64,000 bases of DNA, taken from positions 8,223 through 72,222 of the IMG/VR virus record IMGVR_UViG_3300045988_134667. One strand, given 5' to 3'. A program made the position numbers and the translations under genes. Shown here piece by piece: positions 1 to 9,621 of this stretch (within the stretch, counting starts at the first letter, position 1; each line of letters opens with the position of its first letter). Under the pieces are notes generated by a model. It had not been told where the DNA came from. It did no database searches and saw nothing but the letters and a program-made list of their open reading frames with translations. This DNA comes from a virus.

Positions 1-1960
1 ACTGTTTATATTGTCTTTTAGTCTCATCATAAACATAAATCATAAAGTATGGCTTTCTGTATGCGCAAAGCGATTGCAAATATCTATTCTCTCCGCAAGC
101 ACCTAAATTGTACCAACTACTTTCCATTGGTTTTGCAATGATTCCCTTAATTTTGTCCAACTCATTTTGTTGATAGAGCTGACCACATTCTATTCTATAT
201 TCTAATTCTTTATATTCAGATGAATCTTTCTCAAAATGAGATTGAACTTCCATCATAGATGTGACATAATTAGTGATTGTTCCAACTTGATTTCCCATAC
301 CTGCTTTATTTGTTTTTTTAACAGCAGCTTCAGTAACAACAATTTTTTCTGCATTTCGCTGAACACATTCGATAGCAGGTAAATATCTATAACGTCTTTT
401 CATAACTGGATTATTAGTAGAAAAGTTCAGATCCGAGTCCCAATCTTCCCCATTCTCAGCCATACAAAATGAATCCCAACCGTTTATAATCATGATAGTA
501 TTCATATATTGATACCAATACTGACATTCATCCGAATTATTGATATTACACATTCGAATATTATTATGACTTGTCATTGGGCTTCTAAAGAGTACAATTT
601 CATCTTCATTTTTATCAATCCAAAATTTTGAATAACATTCATTTGCTTTTAATAAACCTGTAACTTCCAACCCACAAAGAGATTGCATAAGAGCAAATGG
701 ATCGCCACTTGCAATCTGATAGTTACCTTTTACAAATAATTTACCAATTTTCGCATCATTCATTTTTTTCTTGATATATCTATGTACAGAGTCGATTATA
801 TATGGATCTCCCAACATATATTCGCTTGTATATAAAGCACGTTGCCATGAATTTACATCAGTATTTTCGTTAATACCAAGAAATTTAATAGTAGAAGAGT
901 AGTCACCACACATAGCATCTTTTAAATAGTTGATTGTTGGTGCGCACAATTCCTCAACATCTTCGTCTGTAAATTCATAAGACTGAAGATATTGGTAATT
1001 CAATTCTCTCTGTTCTTCAAGAACATGCGGTGAAATTTTTGTTACAGAAAATCCGTATCCACATTCCTTATATGCATTCACATATTGCTCAATATTATCA
1101 TACGCTCCCCATAATTTAAGAGAAGACTCTGTGACAATCATTTCACATTGACGAATATCTTGCATGTTTCCCCAAATATCTTCAATCATATAATTACCAT
1201 TATTGTATTTTTCAATAAATTCATAAATAGGGAACGGATAGAGCATTCCTTTGAGCCATGCGTTTCTCAAGCACACACCGCCAGGAATATAATCAAGACC
1301 TAAAGATTCAGCTACTCGCTGCATATATTGTATAGTACAAAGATTAAAACCGTCAGATACATTGTTTTCAAGAGCTTTATCTTTAATAATTTCTCTTGTC
1401 GGTTCTTTTGAATCGCCACCATCATCAAGTGATATAACATCTGCAAAATATTGTGTAATACAATCTTTTACAACCAAAATTCCATGTGGATCACAAATCG
1501 GTTGTGATGCAGAACATGTTAATGCTTTGTAAGCTTCGTATTTTGCAGGAACTAATTTAGTATCTGGATTTCTCTTGCATTCACATAATTCATTTAATTT
1601 GTCAATGTACTGTGAATTGCAGAAGAGAAGAGTATTATTTTTTAATCCACCAGTAGTTCCGACAAAGCGTTTATAATTAACACCATTTATGATAACACCT
1701 TTTTTACCAGTCGCTCTTGCAAAATCAGATTTTTTATCAACAACTACCTGCATAAATATCTTTGAAAAATCAATACTCCAAATAGGTTTTTCTAAAATCT
1801 TATTTGCCATTATGCGGAATTCTTGGGCTTCAAACAGTGATATGAGTTCCTGATATTTAAAAGCCTCTTCTTTGGTAATCTGTAAATCCCAATTAGAATA
1901 CTTTAGTTTATTTGTTCCAATTTTAAAAATCTCATATTGAGGTACGCTAATACCAGCCAT
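1..1960 (-). CDS. large Cys-rich hypothetical protein; N-terminal 653 aa present, C-terminus lies beyond the window start
   Basis: Uninterrupted minus-strand frame from ATG at 1958-1960 (SD AGGAGG 4 nt upstream) to the window edge. Begins MAGISVPQYEIFKIG. Contains an LDDGGD segment reminiscent of, but not matching, DxDGD polymerase motifs. No confident family assignment. Confidence 0.7.
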   Translation of the reverse strand, partial: MAGISVPQYEIFKIGTNKLKYSNWDLQITKEEAFKYQELISLFEAQEFRIMANKILEKPIWSIDFSKIFMQVVVDKKSDFARATGKKGVIINGVNYKRFVGTTGGLKNNTLLFCNSQYIDKLNELCECKRNPDTKLVPAKYEAYKALTCSASQPICDPHGILVVKDCITQYFADVISLDDGGDSKEPTREIIKDKALENNVSDGFNLCTIQYMQRVAESLGLDYIPGGVCLRNAWLKGMLYPFPIYEFIEKYNNGNYMIEDIWGNMQDIRQCEMIVTESSLKLWGAYDNIEQYVNAYKECGYGFSVTKISPHVLEEQRELNYQYLQSYEFTDEDVEELCAPTINYLKDAMCGDYSSTIKFLGINENTDVNSWQRALYTSEYMLGDPYIIDSVHRYIKKKMNDAKIGKLFVKGNYQIASGDPFALMQSLCGLEVTGLLKANECYSKFWIDKNEDEIVLFRSPMTSHNNIRMCNINNSDECQYWYQYMNTIMIINGWDSFCMAENGEDWDSDLNFSTNNPVMKRRYRYLPAIECVQRNAEKIVVTEAAVKKTNKAGMGNQVGTITNYVTSMMEVQSHFEKDSSEYKELEYRIECGQLYQQNELDKIKGIIAKPMESSWYNLGACGENRYLQSLCAYRKPYFMIYVYDETKRQYKQ

Positions 1961-2024
1961 AAATCCTCCTTTTATCTTTTATTTATTATGTTTCACTTAT
2001 ATATTCTCCAAATGAAATTTCTAT

Positions 2025-2303
2025 TTACTCACTTTCAGATTTTCCTTCGTTGAAAGCTACAATTCCAAATGTATCAACAGAAATTACCAATCCTATTGTT
2101 CTAATACATAAATTGTCAACCATGATTGCGAAAACAAAAATGAAAGTAATTGATATAAATGTTAGAAATTTATATATTAACTTTTTACGAAATCTCTTTT
2201 TATCAATATAATACTGTTTATCCTTAAATTTCACATACCAGAAATCTTGTGTGTTGCAAAATTGAGGTAATTTATCTTTTAGTTTATTTACAATTTTATT
2301 CAT
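2025..2303 (-). CDS. small membrane protein
   Basis: ORF-track ORF trimmed to ATG at 2303 with SD GGAGGA. Hydrophobic stretch FLTFISITFIFVFAIMV. Confidence 0.5.
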   Translation of the reverse strand: MNKIVNKLKDKLPQFCNTQDFWYVKFKDKQYYIDKKRFRKKLIYKFLTFISITFIFVFAIMVDNLCIRTIGLVISVDTFGIVAFNEGKSESE

Positions 2304-2535
2304 CGTAGTCCTCCATTTCTTTGTATTTAAATCCAAGCCAATTAATTACTCTGTCTGTCCCCAAACATCCAATACAGTCCTCATGCATATATTCTCCGTT
2401 TTCATTATCAAGATAGCGTTCACCTTGATAAATACCTTCGCCACAATAACAGCATAGATACTTTGGATGAGGTGGAGAGTAATAAGGACACCGATAATCA
2501 TGTAGACCGTCATTTCTTCCACATATACTACACAT
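2296..2535 (-). CDS. Cys-rich zinc-ribbon-like small protein
   Basis: ORF-track ORF with CxxC...CPYY...CCYCGEG pattern. Confidence 0.45.
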   Translation of the reverse strand: MCSICGRNDGLHDYRCPYYSPPHPKYLCCYCGEGIYQGERYLDNENGEYMHEDCIGCLGTDRVINWLGFKYKEMEDYDE

Positions 2536-2963
2536 ATAGTTGTTTAATTCTCCTTTAATACAGTTGCTTAATTTTTCAAGTTACAATTTTTAGATGGATA
2601 TTTGTTCACCGAATGGCGTAGAATTTTCTGTACAATGGTGTACATTAGAAATTCTGGTTAGAAATGGTATCTCAGTTAGATTTACTAGCTTGATATTTTC
2701 TCATACGTTCAGCCGCCTGTTTCTTCTGTTCATCTGTAAGTTCACGTTTCTTCGCTCTAAAACTGATTAATGTTTTATCCTTTAATAAATATTTCTTACC
2801 TCTACCAGTATCTTGAATGAGAGAGTACATATCAGGGCTTTACTTACATAATCTATCCAATTTAGTAATATATGTAGAATCTGAAGCATAAATTGTTGCA
2901 AATTTCTCATCACGCATCATATTGATACAAACTTCCTGTTCTTCAATTGAAACTGTCATATTT

Positions 2964-3179
2964 TTATCTGCCATTGTTCATTTTCCTTTCTCTATAACTT
3001 CTAATACTGTTATTCATTTGCTTTTCACATGAGCGATCGAAAGCCCAATCTGCGAAAATCTTATCTGCAATATTTCGAGATCCTTCATAGTCAGTACAAA
3101 AATCTGAAGCACAAATATTTCCTCCGTATGTATTTGCATATTTATAGTTCTTTGATGTAATTGTTACTGTTTTGTTCAT
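2964..3179 (-). CDS. hypothetical protein
   Basis: ORF-track ORF; SD AGGAGA upstream of ATG at 3179. Confidence 0.4.
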   Translation of the reverse strand: MNKTVTITSKNYKYANTYGGNICASDFCTDYEGSRNIADKIFADWAFDRSCEKQMNNSIRSYRERKMNNGR

Positions 3180-3275
3180 TAATTAGTTCTCCTTTTCTGT
3201 TTAAAAATAATTTGTTCATTTTGCATCAGCTCCTTTGAGTGCTGCGTTAATGGTTACATATGTATATTCTCTGTT

Positions 3276-3503
3276 TTATAATTCATTTTCTAATAATTTA
3301 ATTATCTTTGTTTTAACATTATCAGAAAATAAACAATTTTTATCTGACTCCAATAAGTCTAATACGGTCTGATATGATAGGTCGGACGATTTTAGTGTAT
3401 TGATATAATGTTCTTTGTTCTTAAACCATTTTGTACCAATTTTATATAATTGATTTGAGTCACCTATCTCATTTGTTCCTGCGATTTTTACCATTCTTCC
3501 CAT
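3276..3503 (-). CDS. hypothetical protein
   Basis: ORF-track ORF; SD AGGAGG before ATG at 3503. Confidence 0.5.
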   Translation of the reverse strand: MGRMVKIAGTNEIGDSNQLYKIGTKWFKNKEHYINTLKSSDLSYQTVLDLLESDKNCLFSDNVKTKIIKLLENEL

Positions 3504-3505
3504 AT

Positions 3506-4453
3506 TTAATTTTCCTCCTTTGTTATGAAGTCATATTTATCAAATACTCGTATATCACGAATCTTTTCCAAACATGACTCATCATTATTCTTTTTGTAAG
3601 TTGCTTCATATTTGTGATTTTCTTGCAAGACATATGCATAGACTTGTTGGATATCTTCTTCAGAATATTTAAAATCTTTATTTTTACAGATTTGATTATA
3701 CATTTGAGCAAGTCGTCTTTTGGCATTAGCCTTCCTTATATTATTCTCCACATATTTATATGAATCTTTATATTTTCGTTGGCTAATAGCAAAAGCGTCA
3801 ATATACAACTGATCTTCAGGTCTGCCGTATACATTTGGTAAACGAGTTATTTCACCTGAATCTTTATTGATCATAAAATCATTCTGCCTATAAATATAAA
3901 TAAGACCAATGCTTTCTAATATTTTGTTGTAATCAATAATGGATCTTTCTGAAATACCTGAAAGTTGAGATATGTATTCTATAGTAAGATTACCAACAAC
4001 TCGACATTTGTGCTGATATGCGTCTATATATACATCAATCGTTGAACTGATAGTTCCAATAAGGAAGATAAAGTATTTCAACAATAGAAGAGTATTAACA
4101 TCCTTTAGCCGACATATCGTTAAAATCTCTTCGTAGGTAATAATTGTAAAATATTCACCTTCTTCTGTGATAAAAAGATCAGAACAATCTATTATGTCAA
4201 ATTTACCTTTTGATTTAACTCGCTTTATAATACCTTGATCAATTAACTCATCGTAGCCAGTTTTCAAACCAGTATAAAATCTACGTGGATAGTCTAATGA
4301 TTTTGTAAGCTGATATGCTAGTATTTCACAAGATGTACATATTTCTTTTACATCTTCATTAGGCAAAAGGGTTTTTATGGCACAATAGGCTGCTAAGCCA
4401 TATATAGAAAGCTTGTCTGATTTATATATTTTTTCACTTAGCCATAATTGCAT
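3506..4453 (-). CDS. putative DNA-binding or replication-initiation-like protein (winged-helix-like segment)
   Basis: 315-aa ORF with SD GGAAGTG. The segment IEYISQLSGISERSIIDYNKILESIGLI resembles a wHTH. It lies next to iteron-like and repeat boxes. The functional call is inference. Confidence 0.5.
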   Translation of the reverse strand: MQLWLSEKIYKSDKLSIYGLAAYCAIKTLLPNEDVKEICTSCEILAYQLTKSLDYPRRFYTGLKTGYDELIDQGIIKRVKSKGKFDIIDCSDLFITEEGEYFTIITYEEILTICRLKDVNTLLLLKYFIFLIGTISSTIDVYIDAYQHKCRVVGNLTIEYISQLSGISERSIIDYNKILESIGLIYIYRQNDFMINKDSGEITRLPNVYGRPEDQLYIDAFAISQRKYKDSYKYVENNIRKANAKRRLAQMYNQICKNKDFKYSEEDIQQVYAYVLQENHKYEATYKKNNDESCLEKIRDIRVFDKYDFITKEEN

Positions 4454-4542
4454 CTGTTCACTTCCTTTCGCTTATATATTCTCCAACAGGAGTGCAGAAG
4501 AGTAAAACACTTAAAAATCAATGACTATGAATAACCATGGTG

Positions 4543-4615
4543 CAAAAATGTACAAGTTTATGCACGTACACTCCCCAAGTGTAGAGAAAAAATGTGCTCA
4601 AAAATGTACAAATTT
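4543..4615 (+). promoter_or_regulatory. direct repeats CAAAAATGTACAA(G/A)TTT x2 plus a partial third AAAAATGT, upstream of minus-strand gene 3506..4453
   Basis: Boxes at 4543-4559 and 4599-4615, 56 bp apart, each containing the TGTACA palindrome. Candidate operator or initiator-binding sites. Confidence 0.4.
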
Positions 4616-4695
4616 GCAGATAGTTCATTTACTATGATATTCAATTACAATGATTTTAATTAAACTCTTATTTTTTGTTTTACTCTTTCATTTAA

Positions 4696-5121
4696 TTATT
4701 CTCCTTCTGAATTACAATCTGAATTACAATTTTGTTCTAAATCAACATACTTCTCTTTGTAAATATCATCTACAAAGAATACTGGTAATTTATCATGATA
4801 CATTTCATAAAATTCTTCACCTGATATACTTATCCAAAAATTATTTCCTGTTTGTCTTTGTTTCTGTAATACGTCAATTTCTTTCTGATATTTACTATTT
4901 TTAATTATTCCTCCAATTTTTCCACAGATAGTACAATAACTGCTTAATGAAGTATGTATACGTTCTTTTTCTTCTTGAGTAAATGCGTTACTTTTAAAAT
5001 TCCATTTATATTGAATCAAACATTCTTCATAATGATGTTTGTGCTTTGATTTGCGGTTACTCTTTGAGATATTACTTTCTGTTGATTTGAGATATTTTGG
5101 TATTTCATTTTCTTGTATCAT
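4696..5121 (-). CDS. hypothetical protein
   Basis: ORF-track ORF trimmed to the internal ATG (MIQENEIPKY) preceded by a strong SD AGGAGG plus 8 nt. Confidence 0.45.
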   Translation of the reverse strand: MIQENEIPKYLKSTESNISKSNRKSKHKHHYEECLIQYKWNFKSNAFTQEEKERIHTSLSSYCTICGKIGGIIKNSKYQKEIDVLQKQRQTGNNFWISISGEEFYEMYHDKLPVFFVDDIYKEKYVDLEQNCNSDCNSEGE

Positions 5122-5141
5122 ATTTAATTCCTCCTGTTTGA

Positions 5142-5351
5142 TTATTCTGCCCAATAAGAGCATTTGCTGCATAAATCATTCCAATCAGTAATAATTTTAT
5201 TATTTGTTTTGATATTTTCTTTTGTGCATATAAATTCAATTTTGTCTTCGCAGCAATCATAGTGTGCGATTCTGTAATATTCTTTATATGGACACATTCG
5301 ACCTAGTGATTTTTCATTGTTACAAAATTTTATTATTTCTTTTTTATTCAT
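5142..5351 (-). CDS. Cys-rich small protein
   Basis: ORF-track ORF; SD GAAAGGA; multiple Cys pairs. Confidence 0.4.
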   Translation of the reverse strand: MNKKEIIKFCNNEKSLGRMCPYKEYYRIAHYDCCEDKIEFICTKENIKTNNKIITDWNDLCSKCSYWAE

Positions 5352-5936
5352 TGATTGTCCTTTCTCATATTTTCTGATTATATATTCTCTATTTAAAATG
5401 TGATTATATGTCTACCCAAAATTATTTCTTCCTTATGTCAGAAATACCGTCCCTATCAAGGAACTATTTTTATGCTGTCGCCTATATTCATTCTATTTAC
5501 TGTTGTATACGTAATTTTAATAAGTAAAATTTGTTAGGCAAGGAAGTATAGGCTGGTATAGTTTAAATATTCTGTGTACAGTCCAGTTATTAGATTTCTG
5601 GCTAGAAAAGCAATTCTGAAGGTTGAATAGTGTGTTGGTATATTGTTTGAAATAAAAATATTCCTATAAAAGTTACATGGTAAGTTATTAAACGTTTCTG
5701 TTGTAATTAATGTTAAAATGCTCATAATTTCATTCCTTTCTTTTTTATGTTAAATGCGATTTATAAGATTCTGGTTAAATATTCTCTGTTTGATTTTATT
5801 TTTTGCATAAAAATAAGACAGTGTGATTACTGCCGTGATGATTTTGCGTGTAGTTTTATAGTAGCCCCTATGTTGGGGTTATATAATTTGGAATTTTATC
5901 AGAAAAATCGTTATCGGTAAAAGTGCTTATAAATAA

Positions 5937-6145
5937 GGAAGATTTTGGAATTGTGGATGGATTTTTGGTTAGATGGGAGTTTGATTTTTTGGTTGTGAAG
6001 TGACTGAAATGCTTGATTTTAGTGGGTTTTGACGATATGTGGCACGATAAGTGGTTTGAAGGGTGAAATTTTGGATTTTGCTTGATTTTGTTGTGGATTT
6101 TGAAGATTGGGAAGATGGTGGATTTTTGAGTTGGTGTGTGGATGA
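5937..6145. repeat. G+T-rich strand-asymmetric block with at least 8 degenerate copies of G(G)ATTTT(T)G; iteron-like, candidate replication origin
   Basis: Seen directly: GATTTTGG, GGATTTTTGG, GATTTTTTGG, GATTTTAG, GGATTTTG, GATTTTG, GGATTTTG and GGATTTTTG within about 200 bp. It sits in the divergent intergenic region between the minus- and plus-strand modules. Confidence 0.45.
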
Positions 6146-6346
6146 ATCAGCTATATGGTTTACTGCATTTCCAGCCTACCTAATTAGTTTTAACTACCCC
6201 CGGTTAGGCAAAAACAATGGATAATAGATATATATTATACATTCTTTTCGGATAGAACAAATGTTCGATAAAATCAGATCTGAATTATCTAAGTAGAACA
6301 TATGTTTGTATTATAATTTATCGTATTTTTTGAAAAAAAATGATAC

Positions 6347-6393
6347 TTGACTTTAGACAATCCATGTGATAGTATATAGTAAAGTCAAGTGAA
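6347..6393 (+). promoter_or_regulatory. sigma-A-type promoter P1 (TTGACT, 17 bp spacer, TAGTAT) followed by a GTCAAGTGAA box
   Basis: -35 at 6347-6352, -10 at 6370-6375, conserved box at 6384-6393. Confidence 0.6.
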
Positions 6394-6425
6394 CAAACAA
6401 TTTTTAAGAAATTAGAAATTGACTC

Positions 6426-6472
6426 TTGACAAGCAAAAGAACATCTGTTATACTTGTATCAAGTCAAGTGAA
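6426..6472 (+). promoter_or_regulatory. sigma-A-type promoter P2 (TTGACA, 17 bp spacer, TATACT) followed by a GTCAAGTGAA box
   Basis: -35 at 6426-6431, -10 at 6449-6454, box at 6463-6472. Confidence 0.65.
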
Positions 6473-6527
6473 TAACTAGGAAGTAACAAGACTTTAAACT
6501 TCTTTGCAAGCAATCCTAAAACAATAC

Positions 6528-6574
6528 TTGACAACAGACAAGTAACATGATATACTTTAAACAAGTCAAGCGAT
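6528..6574 (+). promoter_or_regulatory. sigma-A-type promoter P3 (TTGACA, 17 bp spacer, TATACT) followed by a GTCAAGCGAT box
   Basis: -35 at 6528-6533, -10 at 6551-6556, box at 6565-6574. Confidence 0.65.
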
Positions 6575-7138
6575 TGACTTAAATGTTCAAACTTATAGCT
6601 TATATATAGGGTAGCAACCTATAAATAGGGTGCAAAGTCTAGCACACCTTACACCCTTACATAGTGGATAGCATGAAACACGCTATACTTAGCAATTTTC
6701 ATTCTAGCATATTTCATGCAAAAATTCCACAAAAAGTTTGCATATCTTCAAAAGTGCCTTTGCGGATAGGTGGCAAGTGTTACGGCACAAACCACACTAC
6801 GAAAATAAGTTACGGCTTGTATTCTAACTATTTGCATTGCAATTCGGGGTGAAAATAGAGTGCCTACGTTCCCCAACTCGTAGGAATTGAATATTGAGGT
6901 CTGTATCTATATCCTAAAGGGGTTAGAGGTCATGAATGCTCAAGACTAAGCATGAATACTCTTTAGGGGCGTACGAAAGTACAACGGTGTGAGGTGCACT
7001 AGGTAAGGTGAGGAGGACGTTATAAAGCTACCAGTCTGCAAAGATTGACAGTTCCAAGTCTGTTAAAAGCTGAGGATAACAACGTACACAATAAAAATAC
7101 ATAGCACCGATTGCGTCAAGTCGGAGAAAGAGAACATT

Positions 7139-7804
7139 ATGAGTAAAACAACAACTAACACAACAGTAGCAACAAACAACGCTAAAGTTGACTTTTTCCA
7201 ATCAGCACGCACATTATCAACACGGACTTCAGAATTTTTCCGTTGTATTATCAAAAAAGCCGAACTCAATACAATCTATAGCTCTAAGATTGATGCTAAT
7301 GAAAAGAGCATTGCAGCCATTGATGACATGCTCGAAAAAGGTACTAACCTTGACGTAACCGTTGAGGATCTGAACCGGATGCGTACTAATTATGTAACTA
7401 TCAATGAAGGCTTAAAGGTTGAGTGGGATAAGTTGCTCAAAGAGCAGGCTTCTTTTGAGTACAACGAACACGACAAAAAATTCCGCAAAGCTATGAAAGA
7501 TGCTAAGTGCTTAGAAGATGTCAAGACAGCAGTAGAAAACTTCTATAAAGCTTATAAACTTAATGTAACAAATACAACATTCGAGACAGCAGTTCTTGAG
7601 TCAATCGGTAAGAAGATTGATACAAAAACCGTTGTAAAATCTAACGGTACAAAAGCTCTTAAGTATGACGTAACAAATGCACTTAAAAACCTTTATGGTG
7701 TAGGCTTTGAGTGGATGGTTGAAGCAGGAACTATCAAACCTGCTGATATTCCTAGTGTATTGACGGACAAATACACAAAGAAATCTAAGAAAAACAACAA
7801 ATAA
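7139..7804 (+). CDS. hypothetical protein (first plus-strand early gene)
   Basis: 221-aa ORF-track ORF downstream of the tandem promoters; SD GGAGAAAGAG. Confidence 0.7.
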   Translation: MSKTTTNTTVATNNAKVDFFQSARTLSTRTSEFFRCIIKKAELNTIYSSKIDANEKSIAAIDDMLEKGTNLDVTVEDLNRMRTNYVTINEGLKVEWDKLLKEQASFEYNEHDKKFRKAMKDAKCLEDVKTAVENFYKAYKLNVTNTTFETAVLESIGKKIDTKTVVKSNGTKALKYDVTNALKNLYGVGFEWMVEAGTIKPADIPSVLTDKYTKKSKKNNK

Positions 7805-7832
7805 TATGCAACCATAAAATGTATAGTTAGAG

Positions 7833-7861
7833 AGGGCAAGGTAAACACTTTGCCCTTTTTA
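7833..7861 (+). terminator. rho-independent terminator
   Basis: AGGGCAAG...CTTTGCCCT stem followed by TTTTTAT. Confidence 0.7.
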
Positions 7862-7894
7862 TAGTGTACATTTTTAATTAAGAAGGAAAACATT

Positions 7895-8035
7895 ATGCAA
7901 AAACTCACATTATTTTTAGGAAATGGAATTATAAGGGAAGTTATCTGCCCTTATTCTGATAAAAACGCAATTAAAGAATGGTTGCGTACTTTTTATCCTG
8001 TAAGTTGTAGATTCTATAGAGAACAGGAGGTATAA
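7895..8035 (+). CDS. small hypothetical protein (46 aa)
   Basis: ATG preceded by AAGGAAAA; frame read manually and ends in TAA. Confidence 0.35.
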   Translation: MQKLTLFLGNGIIREVICPYSDKNAIKEWLRTFYPVSCRFYREQEV

Positions 8036-8039
8036 AATC

Positions 8040-8207
8040 ATGGGAAAAGATAGAAGCATGGCAATAAAACATGCAAAAGCGAAAAAAGAAGCAATGAAAG
8101 AAGTGTTAAACGATCAGAATGACTTTGCACAAACTTCATGGGGACTTACTGACAATATGCGTAAATGGTTCAAGACAAAACCATATGCATTGACATATGG
8201 AAAATAA
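8040..8207 (+). CDS. small basic hypothetical protein (55 aa)
   Basis: SD AGGAGG plus ATG; MGKDRSMAIKHAKAKKEAMKEV. Confidence 0.4.
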   Translation: MGKDRSMAIKHAKAKKEAMKEVLNDQNDFAQTSWGLTDNMRKWFKTKPYALTYGK

Positions 8208-8276
8208 AAATGATAGCACTTGAAAAAAGTCAAATAATATGCTATCTTTGAATATATAAAAGGAGGCAAAAATTAT

Positions 8277-8558
8277 ATGATAGTATATTATAAACTTGAT
8301 ACACTTTTAAGCGAACGCAAAATAACAAAAACACAACTATGTAAAGATACCGGAATTAGCACTAATGTTGTGTCTAAAATAAGTAAAAATGAAGTATTTA
8401 AAACAGATACATTAAATCGTATCTGCGAATATCTCCATGTCCAACCAAGCGAAATCATGGAATGGATACCAGATGCAGAATATAACAAGGCAAATGCTGA
8501 AAAACAAGCTATAGAAGCTCAAATAGCTGAACTTCAAGCGAAACTAAAAACCATGTGA
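8277..8558 (+). CDS. XRE-family helix-turn-helix transcriptional regulator
   Basis: TKTQLCKDTGISTNVVSKISKNE...LNRICEYLHVQPSEI is a classic HTH_3 pattern. SD AAGGAGG. Confidence 0.75.
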   Translation: MIVYYKLDTLLSERKITKTQLCKDTGISTNVVSKISKNEVFKTDTLNRICEYLHVQPSEIMEWIPDAEYNKANAEKQAIEAQIAELQAKLKTM

Positions 8559-8818
8559 GGAGGCAACCAGCCATGACAATAGATGAAATACGTCAAAGCA
8601 TGACAGAAGCGGGAGTATATTCAAAAGCAGACATAGATAAAATCTGCGACTTAGAACAGCAGTATAGAGATGAATGCAAGGAGATAGCTGAACAATGTGA
8701 AGCTGAAGGTTATCCAGCAAACGGAAGTAATTATGAACTCCGTTGTTCAGAAGCTCGTAAGTATTATGACAAGCAGTTTGCAGATATAGACGCAAATTAT
8801 AATTTTGATGAAGAATAA
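8555..8818 (+). CDS. hypothetical protein
   Basis: ORF-track ORF with ATGA overlap with the upstream gene. Confidence 0.55.
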   Translation: MRRQPAMTIDEIRQSMTEAGVYSKADIDKICDLEQQYRDECKEIAEQCEAEGYPANGSNYELRCSEARKYYDKQFADIDANYNFDEE

Positions 8819-8842
8819 TTTGCAAAACACTGCACCAAACAA

Positions 8843-8870
8843 AGCACCCAATTTCCGGGTGCTATTTTTA
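8843..8870 (+). terminator. rho-independent terminator
   Basis: AGCACCC...GGGTGCT stem followed by a T-run. Confidence 0.6.
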
Positions 8871-8902
8871 TACCCAAAAACAATCAGAAAAGGAGAACAA
8901 AT

Positions 8903-9400
8903 ATGAAAAAGAAATTATTATCACTCATTCTTACAACAGTAACAATCCTTACATCCTACACAGTAGGCACAATGCAACCAACGCAAACAGTCAATGCCTC
9001 AACTCCAAAGCAGATCAGTATCACAAATGCAATTCCAATCTGTGACATTGCTGGTTATTTCTATGACAAATATGGATATCTCTGCTTTGAGCTTGGCGAT
9101 ACAACAAAGCAGTTCAATAAGGCAGATGGATATTCATATTCAAAAATCTGTGAGAAACTTCCGCATCTTAAAGATTTAGATGAAAACAAAACATATCCTT
9201 TGACAGCGAAAGTAACAAAGGTAAACAAAAAGAAAAACGTTGTCACTGTACAGGATTATAGCGGAAACAAATGGAAATTTCGTGGCTGTGAAGACTATGA
9301 AGATGGAGATGTAGTATCTATGCTCATGGATAGTAATGGAACAGAAAAGGTAACTGATGATATTATCTTACAGGTCAGATACAGCGGTGCAGAGTGGTAA
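8903..9400 (+). CDS. secreted protein or lipoprotein candidate
   Basis: N-terminal signal-like MKKKLLSLILTTVTILTSYTVG; SD AAAGGAGAA. Confidence 0.6.
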   Translation: MKKKLLSLILTTVTILTSYTVGTMQPTQTVNASTPKQISITNAIPICDIAGYFYDKYGYLCFELGDTTKQFNKADGYSYSKICEKLPHLKDLDENKTYPLTAKVTKVNKKKNVVTVQDYSGNKWKFRGCEDYEDGDVVSMLMDSNGTEKVTDDIILQVRYSGAEW

Positions 9401-9424
9401 ATAATAAGAAAGGAAGTAAAAACA

Positions 9425-9598
9425 ATGTCAGAGAAAGCAAAACAAATTCATGCAACCTATTGTAATTATGAAGTAGCAAAGGCAAGCAAACCATCACGGA
9501 TCTATTCAGTCCGAACAGAAACACGGAAACCACACGGAATAAAAACCCACAATATGAGTAAAGCGATGTTAGCACAGACGTTAGCATCGCTTTTTTAG
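9425..9598 (+). CDS. small hypothetical protein (57 aa)
   Basis: ATG with SD AAGGAAG. The gene end lies inside a terminator hairpin (9562-9597, AGCGATG/CATCGCT plus T6). Confidence 0.4.
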   Translation: MSEKAKQIHATYCNYEVAKASKPSRIYSVRTETRKPHGIKTHNMSKAMLAQTLASLF

Positions 9599-9621
9599 TA
9601 CAGAAGGAGGATGAAAACCAA

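Noticed and set aside
1-1960. Calling the large minus-strand ORF a YonO/QDE-1-like RNA polymerase
   Set aside because: The candidate segment reads LDDGGD rather than the DxDGD catalytic motif, and no second DPBB signature was found.
5534-5725. Minus-strand ORF 5534..5725
   Set aside because: Hydrophobic low-complexity translation at the edge of the control region with no SD; probably spurious.
5937-6145. CRISPR array
   Set aside because: The repeats are short (7-10 bp), degenerate and not separated by unique spacers of uniform length.
6664-6852. ORF 6664..6852 inside the leader
   Set aside because: No SD, an odd composition, and a location inside a hairpin-rich leader. More likely non-coding.
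8843-8902. Read-through fusion of 8555..8818 with 8903..9400 (same frame, no intervening stop other than TAA)
   Set aside because: The gap contains a terminator hairpin and a strong SD before the downstream ATG, so these are independent genes.
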